From positions 496,001 to 560,000 of the forward strand of contig CM074823.1 of the NCBI GenBank assembly GCA_037447605.1: a DNA stretch of 64,000 nucleotides. Direction: 5' to 3'. Position numbers and translations under genes: made by a program. Under the pieces are notes generated by a model, which had not been told where the DNA came from, did no database searches, and saw only the letters and a list, made by a program, of their open reading frames with translations. This DNA is from Zygnema circumcarinatum SAG 698-1b. Lineage: Eukaryota; Plantae; Zygnematophyceae. Below, piece by piece: positions 1 to 12,477 of this stretch. The first letter of the stretch is position 1. The number at the start of each line of letters is the position of its first letter.

Positions 1-700
1 GAAGGGATGGTCAGAAAACGACAAAAGACGAGGGAGATGGAGGACCAAAAAACGACAAACCAAGGAGGGAGAGGAAGGGAGGATCAGAAAAACGACAAAA
101 GGCGAGAAAGGGAGGACCAGAAAACGAAACAAAAAAGGAGGGAGAGGAAGGGAGGGTCAGAAAACGACAAAGTAAAAGTAGGAGAGGAAGGCCCAACAAA
201 CGACAAAAGAAGAGGGAGAGAAAGAGAGGGCCAGAAAACGACAAAAGACGAGGGAGAGGGGGGCAGAGGGTAGGAGGGGAGGGAAAGAGTAAGGAACGGA
301 AAGTAGAAAGTGGGGAAGTGCTCAGTTACGGATATTAGGATTATCCTTTTACGAGAGGGAGAGAGGGAGGAAGGGAGAGAGGGAGAAAGGGAGAGGGAGA
401 GATAGGATTGAAGGCGAGAAGGGGAGCGCAGAGAGAATGGCGGACAGGATGGGAGAGAGGGCATACGGAAGCTGTGGGAGAGGGAGAGGGAGANNNNNNN
501 NNNGGGAGAGGGAGAGGGAGAGGGAGAGGGAGAGGGAGAGCGAGAGGGAGAGGGAGAGGGAGTGGGATAACCAACCCAAAGAGCGAGGAGAGGGAGTGGG
601 TGGGAGGACGAGAAAAAGAGAGAGAGAGGAGGGGGAGGAACCAACCCTAACTCTTTAACGCTAAACAAAAAGTAAAGAGGGGGAGACAACTGAGTGGGCG

Positions 701-732
<32 letters not shown>

Positions 733-832
733 ACACAGCGAGAGAGAGGGTGAGAGAGAGAGACAGCGAGAGCGAGAGAGAGAGAGAGAGAGGAGCCAAG
801 AAACCCTAATTTCCTGAACCCTAAAAACTCAC

Positions 833-3148
833 CACAACTGCCCTGGTCACGAACATAGTCGAAAAGGTTGGACCAATCGACCGAATCGGGGACGTCGGTG
901 ACGCTCTCGAACCGAAAATTTTTGTTCAAATTTTTAACGGAGAGGGAGCGCTGATAGGAGTACTCGAGATTGAATTGGAGCCCAGAAGTGAAATTATTTT
1001 TGAGGGACAAAGCAGAGGGCGGAGGGGGGCTGAACCCGGTCGGGCAGTTCACCAATTTTGGAATATCGCAATGGCCGGAATTTTGGTCATACAAAAGAAT
1101 TCCGTCACATTTATCCGAACCCACTTGGGTGTTGTTCACACACGTGCAGAAAAATCTGCAAGAAAAAGAAAAAGGGGGAAAAAAAATTGAAGAAAAATGG
1201 AGTGCAGGGAAGGAGAGGGAGAGAGGAAAGAGAGACGGGGTTTAGGGTTTTTAGGGTTTGACTTGGGATCCTGAGTTGTCAGAAACCCTAGAATTTTTTG
1301 AATATCAAGACGCAGAGATTACAGTGGTAGTGACTCTCTCCCTCTCCCATCCACTATCTCTCTCTCGCTCTTTCTCTCTCCCTCTCTCTCTCTCTCTCTC
1401 CCCCTCCCCCTCCCCCTCTCTCTCTTTCTCTCTCTCTCTCTCCCTCTCTCTCTCTCTCTCTGTCTCTCTCTCACCCTCTCTCGCTCTCACTCTCTCTCTC
1501 TCTTGCGCTTTCTCTCTCTTTCTCCCCCTTTCCTCGAAACCCCTCCCCCTCCCCACCCTCCCTCCCTTCCCCCTCCCCACCCTCCCTCCCTCCGTGACGT
1601 CAGCACTACCTGCAGGGAGGCTGCTGCTTCACATCGGCAAAAGTTCCCGTTCCCTTTCCGTCGCAGCAGTTTGGAAAAATCTGCAGCAAAAAAAAAATTA
1701 TAGAAAATCCAAGAAACAAAAAATATTAATAACTCAACAAACTAACTCTTCGACTGCTATGATGCTTTTACTACTTTTCGAGAAACTTAGGGTTCGGAGA
1801 AATACACATTAAAAAAGGGTTTCAAATTCAGTTTTCACTTCTTAGAAAACCTTACGATTTAGAGTTTCAAAAAAAATCGTTTTTAGTTTGTTCATGGTAT
1901 TTTCTAAAAATTAAGATCTTTTGATCTTCAGGAGTTCCAATTTTTCCAAATTTTAGGGTTTCCTTAAAAGCTAAATTCCCTCCTTCCCTCCCCTGCCCTC
2001 CCTCCCCTCCTCCCTCCCTCCCCTTCCCTCCCTTCCATCCCCTGCCCTCCCTTCCCTTCCCTCCCTCCCTTCCCTCCCTTTCCCTCCCTCCCCTCCTCCC
2101 TCCCTCCCCTTCCCTCCCTCTTCTTCCCTCCCTCCCCTTCCCTCCATCCCTTCCCTCCCCTCCCTCCCTCCCCTCCTCCCTCCCTTCCCTTCCCTCCCTC
2201 CCCTTCCCTCCCCTCCCTCCACTCCCTCCCTCCCTCCCTCCCTTCCCTCCCTCCCCCTTCGCTCCCCCTAAAATCCTAAAACCTTACTTTTATTAATTTC
2301 ATCATTCATATTTCTGAGAAGTGAGAGGTCATTTTCTTACCGAGATCGGAGGAGGAGGCACTGCGGGAGGGAAGGGAGGGAAGGGAGGGAATGTGAGAGG
2401 AGAGGGAGAGAATGGAGAGAGAGAGAGTGAAGAGGGAGAGAGAGGAGAGGAAGAGGGAGGAGGAGGAGAGAGAGGAGAGGGAGGAGTTAATGGAATATTT
2501 TCGATCCCTACGTTGGAGATACTTCCGGGACTCGTCTCGGTCCCATTTAACTGCAAAGATGAGAAAAAAAAAAGAAAAAAGAAAAAAATGTAAATAGAAC
2601 AATATGAATATTCAAATTATAAACAGATTTACAAGAATCTAACCAACAAATATTCATATATAGATATATATTGCAGAAAGAAGAGAGGAACGAAAGAAGA
2701 AAGGGAGAGGAACGATGCGAGAGACGGAGAGAAAAGAGTAGAGCCGGTGAGAGAGCAAGAGATAGAGAGAGAAGAAAGAAAGAAATAAGTGACGAGAGAG
2801 TGGGAGAGAGGAGCGGAGGTGGGAGAGGACGCGTGGGAGGAGAGAGAAAGAGGGAACCGAGAGAGCGGGAGAGACAGACAGAAGGAGAGGCATGAACGAG
2901 AGAGAGACGAGAGAGAGAGAAGAGAGAGAGGGGCGGAGAGGGAAATGAGAGAGTAGACGAGAGGCAGAACAGAGAGGAGAGCGAGAGAAAGGGGAAGTGG
3001 TAGAGGGGAGAGGGAGAGCAGTCAGAAAGGACAAGAGAACTCAATGAAGACAGAAATGAAGAGGGAGGGAGAGAGTGGGAGGGGAGTGAGCTCGAGGATA
3101 CAAGAGAAGAACATGCCCTTCAATATGTACTTCAACTTCAGTCCCGTG

Positions 3149-3190
<42 letters not shown>

Positions 3191-3724
3191 NNNNNNNNNN
3201 CCTCCCTTCCATCCCCTGCCCTCCCTTCCCTTCCCTCCCTCCCTTCCCTCCCTTTCCCTCCCTCCCCTCCTCCCTCCCTCCCCTTCCCTCCCTCTTCTTC
3301 CCTCCCTCCCCTTCCCTCCATCCCTTCCCTCCCCTCCCTCCCTCCCCTCCTCCCTCCCTTCCCTTCCCTCCCTCCCCTTCCCTCCCCTCCCTCCACTCCC
3401 TCCCTCCCTCCCTCCCTTCCCTCCCTCCCCCTTCGCTCCCCCTAAAATCCTAAAACCTTACTTTTATTAATTTCATCATTCATATTTCTGAGAAGTGAGA
3501 GGTCATTTTCTTACCGAGATCGGAGGAGGAGGCACTGCGGGAGGGAAGGGAGGGAAGGGAGGGAATGTGAGAGGAGAGGGAGAGAATGGAGAGAGAGAGA
3601 GTGAAGAGGGAGAGAGAGGAGAGGAAGAGGGAGGAGGAGGAGAGAGAGGAGAGGGAGGAGTTAATGGAATATTTTCGATCCCTACGTTGGAGATACTTCC
3701 GGGACTCGTCTCGGTCCCATTTAA
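833..3724 (-). CDS. Partial multi-exon gene: Pro/Ser-rich linker + CBM14 (peritrophin-A/ChtBD2) chitin-binding domain + start of papain-family (C1A) cysteine protease; 3' exons lie left of the window
   Basis: GT-AG exons 2550-2341 (duplicated at 3724-3515), 1680-1610 and 1155-833 splice in frame (phases 0, 2, 1). Product: LNGTETSPGSISNVGIENIPLTPPSP...PPPPIS|IFPNCCDGKGTGTFADVKQQPPCR|FFCTCVNNTQVGSDKCDGILLYDQNSGHCDIPKLVNC...VTDVPDSVDWSNLFDYVRDQGSCG. Cys spacing C-x16-C-x5-C-x10-C-x12-C-x7-C fits CBM14; PDSVDW...RDQGSCG is the N-terminus of a mature papain domain. Start codon and catalytic Cys exon not seen. Confidence 0.8.
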
Positions 3725-4322
3725 CTGCAAAGATGAGAAAAAAAAAAGAAAAAAGAAAAAAATGTAAATAGAACAATATGAATATTCAAATTATAAACAG
3801 ATTTACAAGAATCTAACCAACAAATATTCATATATAGATATATATTGCAGAAAGAAGAGAGGAACGAAAGAAGAAAGGGAGAGGAACGATGCGAGAGACG
3901 GAGAGAAAAGAGTAGAGCCGGTGAGAGAGCAAGAGATAGAGAGAGAAGAAAGAAAGAAATAAGTGACGAGAGAGTGGGAGAGAGGAGCGGAGGTGGGAGA
4001 GGACGCGTGGGAGGAGAGAGAAAGAGGGAACCGAGAGAGCGGGAGAGACAGACAGAAGGAGAGGCATGAACGAGAGAGAGACGAGAGAGAGAGAAGAGAG
4101 AGAGGGGCGGAGAGGGAAATGAGAGAGTAGACGAGAGGCAGAACAGAGAGGAGAGCGAGAGAAAGGGGAAGTGGTAGAGGGGAGAGGGAGAGCAGTCAGA
4201 AAGGACAAGAGAACTCAATGAAGACAGAAATGAAGAGGGAGGGAGAGAGTGGGAGGGGAGTGAGCTCGAGGATACAAGAGAAGAACATGCCCTTCAATAT
4301 GTACTTCAACTTCAGTCCCGTG

Positions 4323-4365
<43 letters not shown>
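1975..4365. repeat. ~1.17-kb direct duplication around the 10-N gap at 3191-3200 (probable assembly overlap)
   Basis: Unique sequence and ORFs recur with a constant 1174-bp offset (e.g. 2306 vs 3480, 2547 vs 3721) and appear identical. Confidence 0.85.
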
Positions 4366-4368
<3 letters not shown>

Positions 4369-4613
4369 CCCCCTCTCTCTCTCTCTCTCTTTTTCTCTCT
4401 CTCTCTCTCTCTCTCTCCACCTCGCTCGCATCCCCACCTCCCCTGTCTCTACTCTTTCCCCCCTTCGCTCTCTCTTCGTCTCTTCCCCCTTTCTCTCCAT
4501 TTTGTCATCCCTCCCCCCTTCTCTCTCCCCTCCTCTCTCTCTCTCCCCCTCCCTCCCTCTACTCCCTCTCCCCCCCTCTCCTCCCTCTCCCCCCCTCCCA
4601 ATTCCCAGTTTAC

Positions 4614-4890
4614 CAAATCCTCCTGCAGAAATCTGAAACTTTGCACAGTCGCCGCCGTTCCATGTGTGCCAAAAACGCCAAAATTCGGAAAATTTGTTCC
4701 GTTGTACAGGACGGTAAACAGAGCCAAAATGCCGCCAACGGAAATCAAGGAAATTTTTGCATGGAGCGTCAGTTTGGACCAACGGAATCCGTTGCAGCTG
4801 ACGGAGTGGCCTCCATGGGAACACATTTTCGCATGCTCGCAGTTCTGTGAAACCCCACGCTCACTTCCGATCCGTTGGTAAATGAAAACC
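4614..4890 (-). other. Candidate upstream exon of the CBM14-protease gene
   Basis: Unique-sequence island with a phase-0 GTAAAC donor at 4613, followed on the sense strand by a GA-then-CT intron like the others. An open frame (...VLYNGTNFPNFGVFGTHGTAATVQSFRFLQEDL) would join exon 3724 in phase. No recognisable domain; acceptor or start not established. Confidence 0.3.
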
Positions 4891-4976
4891 CTAACAAAAA
4901 TCTCCAAAACTTTAAATCTCTGAAAGCATGAATTACTGAGATCCTAAAATTCAAAAACCAATCAAGAGTAGAACGT

Positions 4977-5039
<63 letters not shown>

Positions 5040-6424
5040 GTAGCGATCTATTTCGCTTTATTCCCCGCATCCCCCCATCCACTCTCTCTCTTCCTTCCCC
5101 CCTCCTCTCTCACTCTGTTCCTCCTCGACCTCTCTCTCCCTCTCCCTCCATCTCCTCCCTCGCCCGCCCTCTCCCTCCTTCGTCCTCTCCCTTTTCCCTC
5201 CCTCTCCTCCCTCTCTCTCCTTCTCCCTCCTTCGCCCTTTTCCCTTTCTCTCCTCCCTCTCCCTCCATCTCCTCCCTCTCCCTCCTTCTCCCTCTCCTCC
5301 CTCTCCCTCCTCCCTCTCCTTCCTCCCTCTCCCATTTCCCTCCCTCTCCTCCCTCTCTCTCCCTCTCCCTCCTCCCTTTTCCCTTCCTCACCTCCGTCTC
5401 CCTCCCTCTCCCTCTCCCTCCCTCTCCAGCCCCCCCCCTCTCTGACCCCCCCTTCCTCTCTCCCTCCCTTTCCCTCTCTCTCCCCCATTCTCTCTAGGAG
5501 AAATCAATTAATTTGCGATCGAGAATATCCCAACTTCGAAAGATATTAGAATTTTGGTTTCCTCGAGTTCAAACAATTTAAGGTCTAGCGCAGAAAAAAA
5601 CATAAATTTTAAAGATATTTACATGCGCGGTCCTCCTTTGTGCTTCAATATATAAAGTGAACGCCCCCAAAAAAAAAGGGGGGGGGGGGGGTGGGAAAAG
5701 GAAAAATTTCAGGAAAGCTAACGATGCCGAAAATTTTAGAAAGTGAAAATTTCAAGAGAGGGAAAAAGAACAAAAAAAAAGGGGAGACCCAAAATGGAAT
5801 ACTTTTGAATCTGAAATTTTTATTTTCCAAATTTTTGACATTAAGAAGTGTATAGAAGTGGGGATGGTTTCTGGGGGAACCTCTGGCGTTGACCCGTTGA
5901 CCAGCGTTGACTTTTGTTGACTGCCGATGACTTTCGTTAGCCCCCGGTAGAGAGAGGGAGAGAGAAGGGAGGGAGAGGGAAGGAGGGAGGGAGGGAGGGT
6001 GAGAGAGAGAGATGGATGGAGAGAGCGAGAGGGGGAGAGAGAGGGAGAGAGGGAGAGACTGCGAGAGAGTCAGGGAGGTAGAGAAGGAGAGTAAGGGAGG
6101 CAGAGGGAGGAAGAGGGAGGGAGAGAGATATGGAGGGAAAGGGAGAGGGAGAGAGAGAGAGAGGGAGAAATAGGGAGAGAGGGAGAGAGGGAGGAGAGCG
6201 AGAGGGAGAGGGAAGGAGACCTACTGTCGATGTCTGAGCTGTAAAAATGATGGTTCTTCATTTTCGCCCATAGTGAACGTCTGCCAATGGGCCTGCACAA
6301 CGTGGCAGAAACTGTGCACGTGGCGATTTCTTATTGGAAGACGATCCACTGTTGGCTCGCAAATGGAAAACGACCACGACAAGTCCGTACGAATCCGTAC
6401 TATTATATACTACCGTACTTGTAA

Positions 6425-6510
6425 GTGTACTATTTCGTACGTATGGGTGTACTATTTCGTACTTACGGGTGTACTATTTCGTACGTATGCGTGCACGATT
6501 TCGTACAACG
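6425..6510 (+). repeat. 22-bp tandem repeat x4 (GTGTACTATTTCGTACGTATGG)
   Basis: Units start at 6425, 6447, 6469 and 6491; the core ATTTCGTAC is the reverse complement of the GTACGAAAT motif in the 8165-8370 MITE. Confidence 0.8.
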
Positions 6511-6700
6511 CGGATTGGCTGAGGGATTCAGGAAACGCCTGTGGCCGGCTCGATGTGGCTCTTCGTGGTTTCCCGTTTGGCCATGTGTGCTTGATGGCGG
6601 CGCCGCCTGGAGATCCAGACCGAATCTCTTCGGATCTGCAAAAGGAAATGCATGTGCGCTACACATCGAAACAGTGTACGGATTGGTGCGGTGTTTGTTA

Positions 6701-7152
6701 CAGTACTCCCCCTAATATTTTCGCCATGGTTTCGGCAAATATTGGGCAAAAATCTTGGAATTTGAAAATATAAGGAAGTCCGTGTTAACAATAGGCGGGC
6801 GGTATTATGTTAGAGTCTGGCCTGCGGCCGTACTGTTTCTCTCTGTACGGAGGCGCATTGCCGCCCGGCGGGCCCTGTTGCGAGCTCCTATTGGTGCCGT
6901 ACATTTATCTACACGAGCTCCTATTGGTGCCGTACATATACCGTACGATTTGGAAATTTTGATTCGTACTCACCGTATAGAGGAATAGCGGGACCCATGT
7001 TCAAAATCCGTTTCGATTAACAGATTTTGTATTGAAATATGGCCAGGTAAGGTTAACATCCCTTATACAATAACACAGACTTACCGTACTAAAAGTGGTT
7101 TCCTCAAAATCAGGGCGAATTTCTTGGGTGGAAAAAATTGAGGGGGGTACTG
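6701..7152. mobile_element. Related pogo-like MITE, ~450 bp
   Basis: TIRs CAGTACTCCCCCTAATATTTT / AAAAAATTGAGGGGGGTACTG; left TA present, right flank AA. Blocks (TATTTTCGCCATGGTTT..GGCAAATAT; ACACAGA.TTACCGTAC..AAAGTGGTTTC..CAAAATC.GGGCGAATTTCTTGGG) are shared with 11101-12477. Confidence 0.65.
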
Positions 7153-8164
7153 AACGAATGATGGGAAAGGTGTACAAAATAAGTACTAATGGAGATTTTC
7201 TAAGACCCGGCTTGACCGTATCAGATTGTCTGAGATTCGGACGTTGCACGGATAAAGAGGAGATGTACGGCTTGGTTTTATAAAGCGTTTGTTGGTATCC
7301 CAAACAACAAGTACCTGACGTAAGACAGCTAATGTTTGATTAAGATTTTGGCGCTAGTGTTGTCGTCGCGACATGACGGAAGGATCGGATGCGTTCAAGG
7401 ACCGAATCGTGTCGAAAGGACAGTAACAAGTAATGTTTGTCGTTTCCTAGAAAGTAATAATATGATTTGGTGGTTGTGATGATGCTCTGTGGCGTTTTGT
7501 GGCTCGATTTTGGACGGTACCAACTGCTGGACCTACAACGTGGCAGTGGCAATTTTTTGCAAAAAAAGCAGTTGCGATCAGATACGATTTTTGTCAGGTA
7601 CTTCAAAAAAATATCAAGTATGTGATAACCGGAAATTTTTTGAGCACCTACTCGAATCTTGCAGAAGCAATGGGGATGTGCCACGTTTTACATTTTGACA
7701 CGTGGCGTTGTTTCATTGGAGTCTTTGTCACTGTTTAGATTTCGTACCAGCGAAAGGCCCAGTCGGAAAAAATTCCAAATCATTGCGAGTTCGTGATGAA
7801 ATCTGGACGCTCCAAATTTGTTTGGGACGGTCAAGATGCATCCAACTCGTAGATTTTTTGTTTTGCTTTTTGGCGTTTTGTATGGTTTGGGATGCACTAC
7901 AAAACCGAGATTTTCGGGAGCCTTTTTTTGTCGCGACCCGTCATCGGTCTGACAGCCCACCCTGTCCTTACAGTGCCTTGGCCGGGCGGGATCGTTGTCG
8001 TTTCTGCGTAAATCGCGATCCTCGATATCATCGGAACGCCGAGTTGACCGCGGCGGAACCTCGACGCCACTCCTTAGTCAGAATTAGTCAGAATTCTGAC
8101 CAGAACTTAGTCTAAATTCTGACCAGAATTAGGCAAAAAATTCAAACCAAAATTACCGGTAGTA

Positions 8165-8370
8165 GGGGGGGGCAGACTTAAGCGCGGAGCGTACGAAATT
8201 CCCGAATTCAGTACTGTATACGAAAAGTCACTTTTTTCGTTTACGAAATTTCGGTTCGGGATCCGCGGCTCCGCCAAACCTAGCTGTATCGAAATGCGTA
8301 CCTAGCCAATGCGAAACACGCCCGGCAGGCGTACGAAATTCATTTGGCCATGTCTTAAGTCTGACCCCCC
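8165..8370. mobile_element. Small MITE (~205 bp) with GGGGGG.CAGACTTAAG TIRs
   Basis: TA-GGGGGGGGCAGACTTAAG ... CTTAAGTCTGACCCCCC-TA; internal repeated GTACGAAATT motifs. Confidence 0.65.
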
Positions 8371-8584
8371 TACAATATGTAAGTTTACGGTTTTTAGGGG
8401 TTTTAGGGTTTTTAGGGTATTTAGCTGCACTAGGAATCTCAAAGGACGCCAAACTCTATGTGAAGGTTAAAATCAACAAGAAATACTAATGGTGATTAAA
8501 AAACTGACTAAGTCGGTCCTTTTCGTTGTGACTATGACTTAAGAAAAAAAAAAACAAACAAACAATAGGAAAATAATAAAAAAT

Positions 8585-10578
8585 GGAGAACTATATACCG
8601 CCCCCCTTGTATGGTTATCCCGCCACTGTTTTTTTGAAATCCGACCCTCCCATTTCGGCTATTCTGCCCCTCCCCCATTTTGGATATTCCGGGAGGAAAT
8701 CGCCCCCCTGTTTTGAATATTTCTTTCCCGCGCCTCCCGTCCTCTCCCCGCCCCTCCCCTGCCCTCCCCCTCCCCTTCCCTTCCCTTCCCTTCCTCTTTC
8801 TCAGAAAGAAAGTGAAAGAGAGTGAGAGAGAGAGAGAGCAGAGTGAGAGCAGAGGAGAGGGACTACAGGAGAGAGCAAAGGAGAGAGAAGAGAGAGAGAG
8901 AGCAAAGGAGCGAGAGCCGAGGAGAAAGAGTATAGAGGAGAGAGAAAGAGCAGAGGAGTGAGAGAAGAGGAGAGAGAGACTACAGGAGAGAGCAAAGGAG
9001 AGAGAGAATGAGCAGAGGAGAGAGCAAAGGAGAGAGAGAGAGTGAGTAGAGTGAGAGCAAAGGAGAGAGAGACTAGAGGAGAGAGCACAGGAGAGAGCAA
9101 AGGCGAAAGAGAGAATGAGCAGAGGAGAGAGAGTAGGAGAGAGAAAGACTAGAGGAGAGAGAGCAGAGGAGNNNNNNNNNNCTCCTCTGCTCTCTCTCCT
9201 CTAGTCTTTCTCTCTCCTACTCTCTCTCCTCTGCTCATTCTCTCTTTCGCCTTTGCTCTCTCCTGTGCTCTCTCCTCTAGTCTCTCTCTCCTTTGCTCTC
9301 ACTCTACTCACTCTCTCTCTCTCCTTTGCTCTCTCCTCTGCTCATTCTCTCTCTCCTTTGCTCTCTCCTGTAGTCTCTCTCTCCTCTTCTCTCACTCCTC
9401 TGCTCTTTCTCTCTCCTCTATACTCTTTCTCCTCGGCTCTCGCTCCTTTGCTCTCTCTCTCTCTTCTCTCTCCTTTGCTCTCTCCTGTAGTCCCTCTCCT
9501 CTGCTCTCACTCTGCTCTCTCTCTCTCTCACTCTCTTTCACTTTCTTTCTGAGAAAGAGGAAGGGAAGGGAAGGGAAGGGGAGGGGGAGGGCAGGGGAGG
9601 GGCGGGGAGAGGACGGGAGGCGCGGGAAAGAAATATTCAAAACAGGGGGGCGATTTCCTCCCGGAATATCCAAAATGGGGGAGGGGCAGAATAGCCGAAA
9701 TGGGAGGGTCGGATTTCAAAAAAACAGTGGCGGGATAACCATACAAGGGGGGCGGTATATAGTTCTCCATTTTTTATTATTTTCCTATTGTTTGTTTGTT
9801 TTTTTTTTTCTTAAGTCATAGTCACAACGAAAAGGACCGACTTAGTCAGTTTTTTAATCACCATTAGTATTTCTTGTTGATTTTAACCTTCACATAGAGT
9901 TTGGCGTCCTTTGAGATTCCTAGTGCAGCTAAATACCCTAAAAACCCTAAAACCCCTAAAAACCGTAAACTTACATATTGTAGGGGGGTCAGACTTAAGA
10001 CATGGCCANNNNNNNNNNCTCTCTTTCGCCTTTGCTCTCTCCTGTGCTCTCTCCTCTAGTCTCTCTCTCCTTTGCTCTCACTCTACTCACTCTCTCTCTC
10101 TCCTTTGCTCTCTCCTCTGCTCATTCTCTCTCTCCTTTGCTCTCTCCTGTAGTCTCTCTCTCCTCTTCTCTCACTCCTCTGCTCTTTCTCTCTCCTCTAT
10201 ACTCTTTCTCCTCGGCTCTCGCTCCTTTGCTCTCTCTCTCTCTTCTCTCTCCTTTGCTCTCTCCTGTAGTCCCTCTCCTCTGCTCTCACTCTGCTCTCTC
10301 TCTCTCTCACTCTCTTTCACTTTCTTTCTGAGAAAGAGGAAGGGAAGGGAAGGGAAGGGGAGGGGGAGGGCAGGGGAGGGGCGGGGAGAGGACGGGAGGC
10401 GCGGGAAAGAAATATTCAAAACAGGGGGGCGATTTCCTCCCGGAATATCCAAAATGGGGGAGGGGCAGAATAGCCGAAATGGGAGGGTCGGATTTCAAAA
10501 AAACAGTGGCGGGATAACCAAAAAAGGGGGGCGGTATATAGTTCTCCTAAAAAAAGGGGGGGCGGTATATAGTTCTCC
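8585..10578. mobile_element. Non-autonomous Mutator-like (MULE) element, copy 1, interrupted by gaps and an inverted duplicate
   Basis: Long TIR GGAGAACTATATACCGCCCCCC...GTTATCCCGCCACTGTTTTTTTGAAATCCGACCCTCCCATTTCGGCTATTCTGCCCC at both ends; exact 8-bp TSD TAAAAAAT (8577-8584, 10579-10586); CT/GA subterminal repeats; ~30-bp duplication of the right tip. Confidence 0.75.
9182..10008. repeat. Inverted duplicate of ~8345-9171 bounded by two 10-N gaps (probable misassembly)
   Basis: Reverse complement of the preceding contig end, including sequence outside the MULE TIR and the right end of the 8165-8370 MITE; flanked exactly by gaps. Confidence 0.8.
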
Positions 10579-11100
10579 TAAAAAATAGGCTTCAGGCCCG
10601 TCCCATGCTGCGCTTCCCATGAACGCCAACTGCAAACTAGGATCACCCAAATCCAGACAATTTTGCATGCCGAGCAACAGCCAATGATGATCCGCCACGT
10701 GTACACTTCTATCCACGTAGCATTGGATGATGGCGACAGCTCAGCAACTCATCCACATCCCATTTCCATGCTTTTAGCGTGAGAATCCTTCCAGCCGTCG
10801 AACAGTTTTACTGACAGACCGAAATTCTTCAAACAAAGCCTAAAAACCCTAGAAACCCTAAAACCCTGAACTAAACCCTAAAAACCCTTAAAACTCTAGA
10901 AACGCCATTTGCATGGAACAACATCGTCCATGCAGTTTCCAAAACCACCAATCCCTAACACCGTGTGCATAGATCGTTGTTCACCGTTCCGTGAAACATC
11001 ACCGTTTGTACACATTTGTACCAGTACGTACATCTTCGTACACATTCTTACCAGTTCGTACATATTCGTAAATGTCCGTACTGTACATATTCTTACAGTA

Positions 11101-12477
11101 CAGTCAACAGTCCTCATATTTTCGCCATGGTTTTGGCAAATATGAGGCGAAAATATTGATTTTTGCAAATAGAAGGTTCGTGTTACCAATAGACGGGCGG
11201 TATTGTTAGAGTTCATGTTACAGTTCATGTTGGACCGTACGTATCGTACCGTACCATGTCGTACCGTGTCGTACCGTGTCGTTCAGTATCATATCGTATC
11301 GTGTCGTATCGGAGCCAAAAAGGAGGAAAGACGAGCGAGCGCCTCTTACGGCGGCACGTGCGGGAAGATTCGGTGAGTTTTGCTGAAGCCCGTAACGGCT
11401 AGTACAGCAAGTACGGCAAGTACGACAAGTACGGCTAGTACGGTTTCTAGGATTTCTAGGGTTTTAGGGTTTTAGGCAGGGTTCTTCAAATAGGGGAGAT
11501 CCCCTAAATATCGTAAATAGCTTATTTATGTAAGATTTTGAGATTAGTTTACGTGATTTCAACTTAAATACCACACAAGCCCCAAAAAAGCATTTTTTTG
11601 GTTAAAAACAAAAAGGAAATGAATTGCATTTTTGCAACCACGATAGCAATGATGTATATGAACTTTACTTGTTGGTATAACAACACGGCTTTAGAAACTG
11701 GTGCAACCTCTTCGACTCTTATAGATTGGTAAATTTTACCAATCAATTAGAACAACTGTGCATTTGGCAATCACAATATATAGTTGCTTATTCAAAAACC
11801 CAATTGCACGGAAACTTTGTAGATCTAATCCTAAGCTCTCTATTTCTTTTTCCATCCATCATTAATTACTCCAAGTATCACTTTAGAATCCATCATAGTC
11901 TTGAAATTTCCTCACAAAAACTCTATTCCAAATCATAACCTCTGAAATTCTAGGTGTAGTCACAAAAGAAAAACTGAAATAGGAACTAAAATTAGAAATG
12001 AAATGAAAAATGGTCTCACTCCCTTAAGAGTTTTAGGCTGAACAAGACAGCTATAGAAGTGATGCAAATTACTCAAAGAGACCCTCAAAGAGCAGTCAAA
12101 CTATCAAACTGTTTGCAGTGAAGAATGCCTTCCAATGAAAAGTCTGTCAACCTCTTTCGAAACTCTGTCTTTCTCCCATCCAATTACTGAAAAATCAGAC
12201 TCGACGGTAGCAGTGTTGGGAAATGATGAACGTCCGTACGTGCACGGTTTCGTCCGTACAGTCCATATTTACGTGTTTTTACAAAACCAAGTTAGGGGAC
12301 AGTCCCCTATCTTAAGCCGAAATCCCCTATTTGAAGAACCCTGGTTTTAGGGGTACGGGTAGTACGGGTAGTACGGCTAACACAGAGTTACCGTACAAAA
12401 AAGTGGTTTCGGCAAAATCGGGGCGAATTTCTTGGGGACGCACTGTACAGGGTGGAAAATATGAGGACTGCTGACTG
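11101..12477. mobile_element. Tc1/mariner (pogo-like) non-autonomous element, ~1.4 kb
   Basis: TIRs CAGTCAACAGTCCTCATATTTTC ... GAAAATATGAGGACTGCTGACTG with TA on both flanks. Subterminal sequences match those of the 6701-7152 element. Confidence 0.75.

Noticed and set aside
430-480. Candidate next protease exon after the donor at 832
   Set aside because: Does not encode the expected S/A-CWAF catalytic segment; the true exon probably lies in the gap at 494-503 or outside the window.
7150-7650. Short ORFs (e.g. a DFGASVV kinase-like word)
   Set aside because: Multiple stops, no other kinase motifs, no splice-consistent model.
8345-10008. Large biological palindrome or foldback
   Set aside because: The inverted copy is bounded exactly by 10-N gaps, and the matching TSD shows the element spans past it; most likely misassembly.
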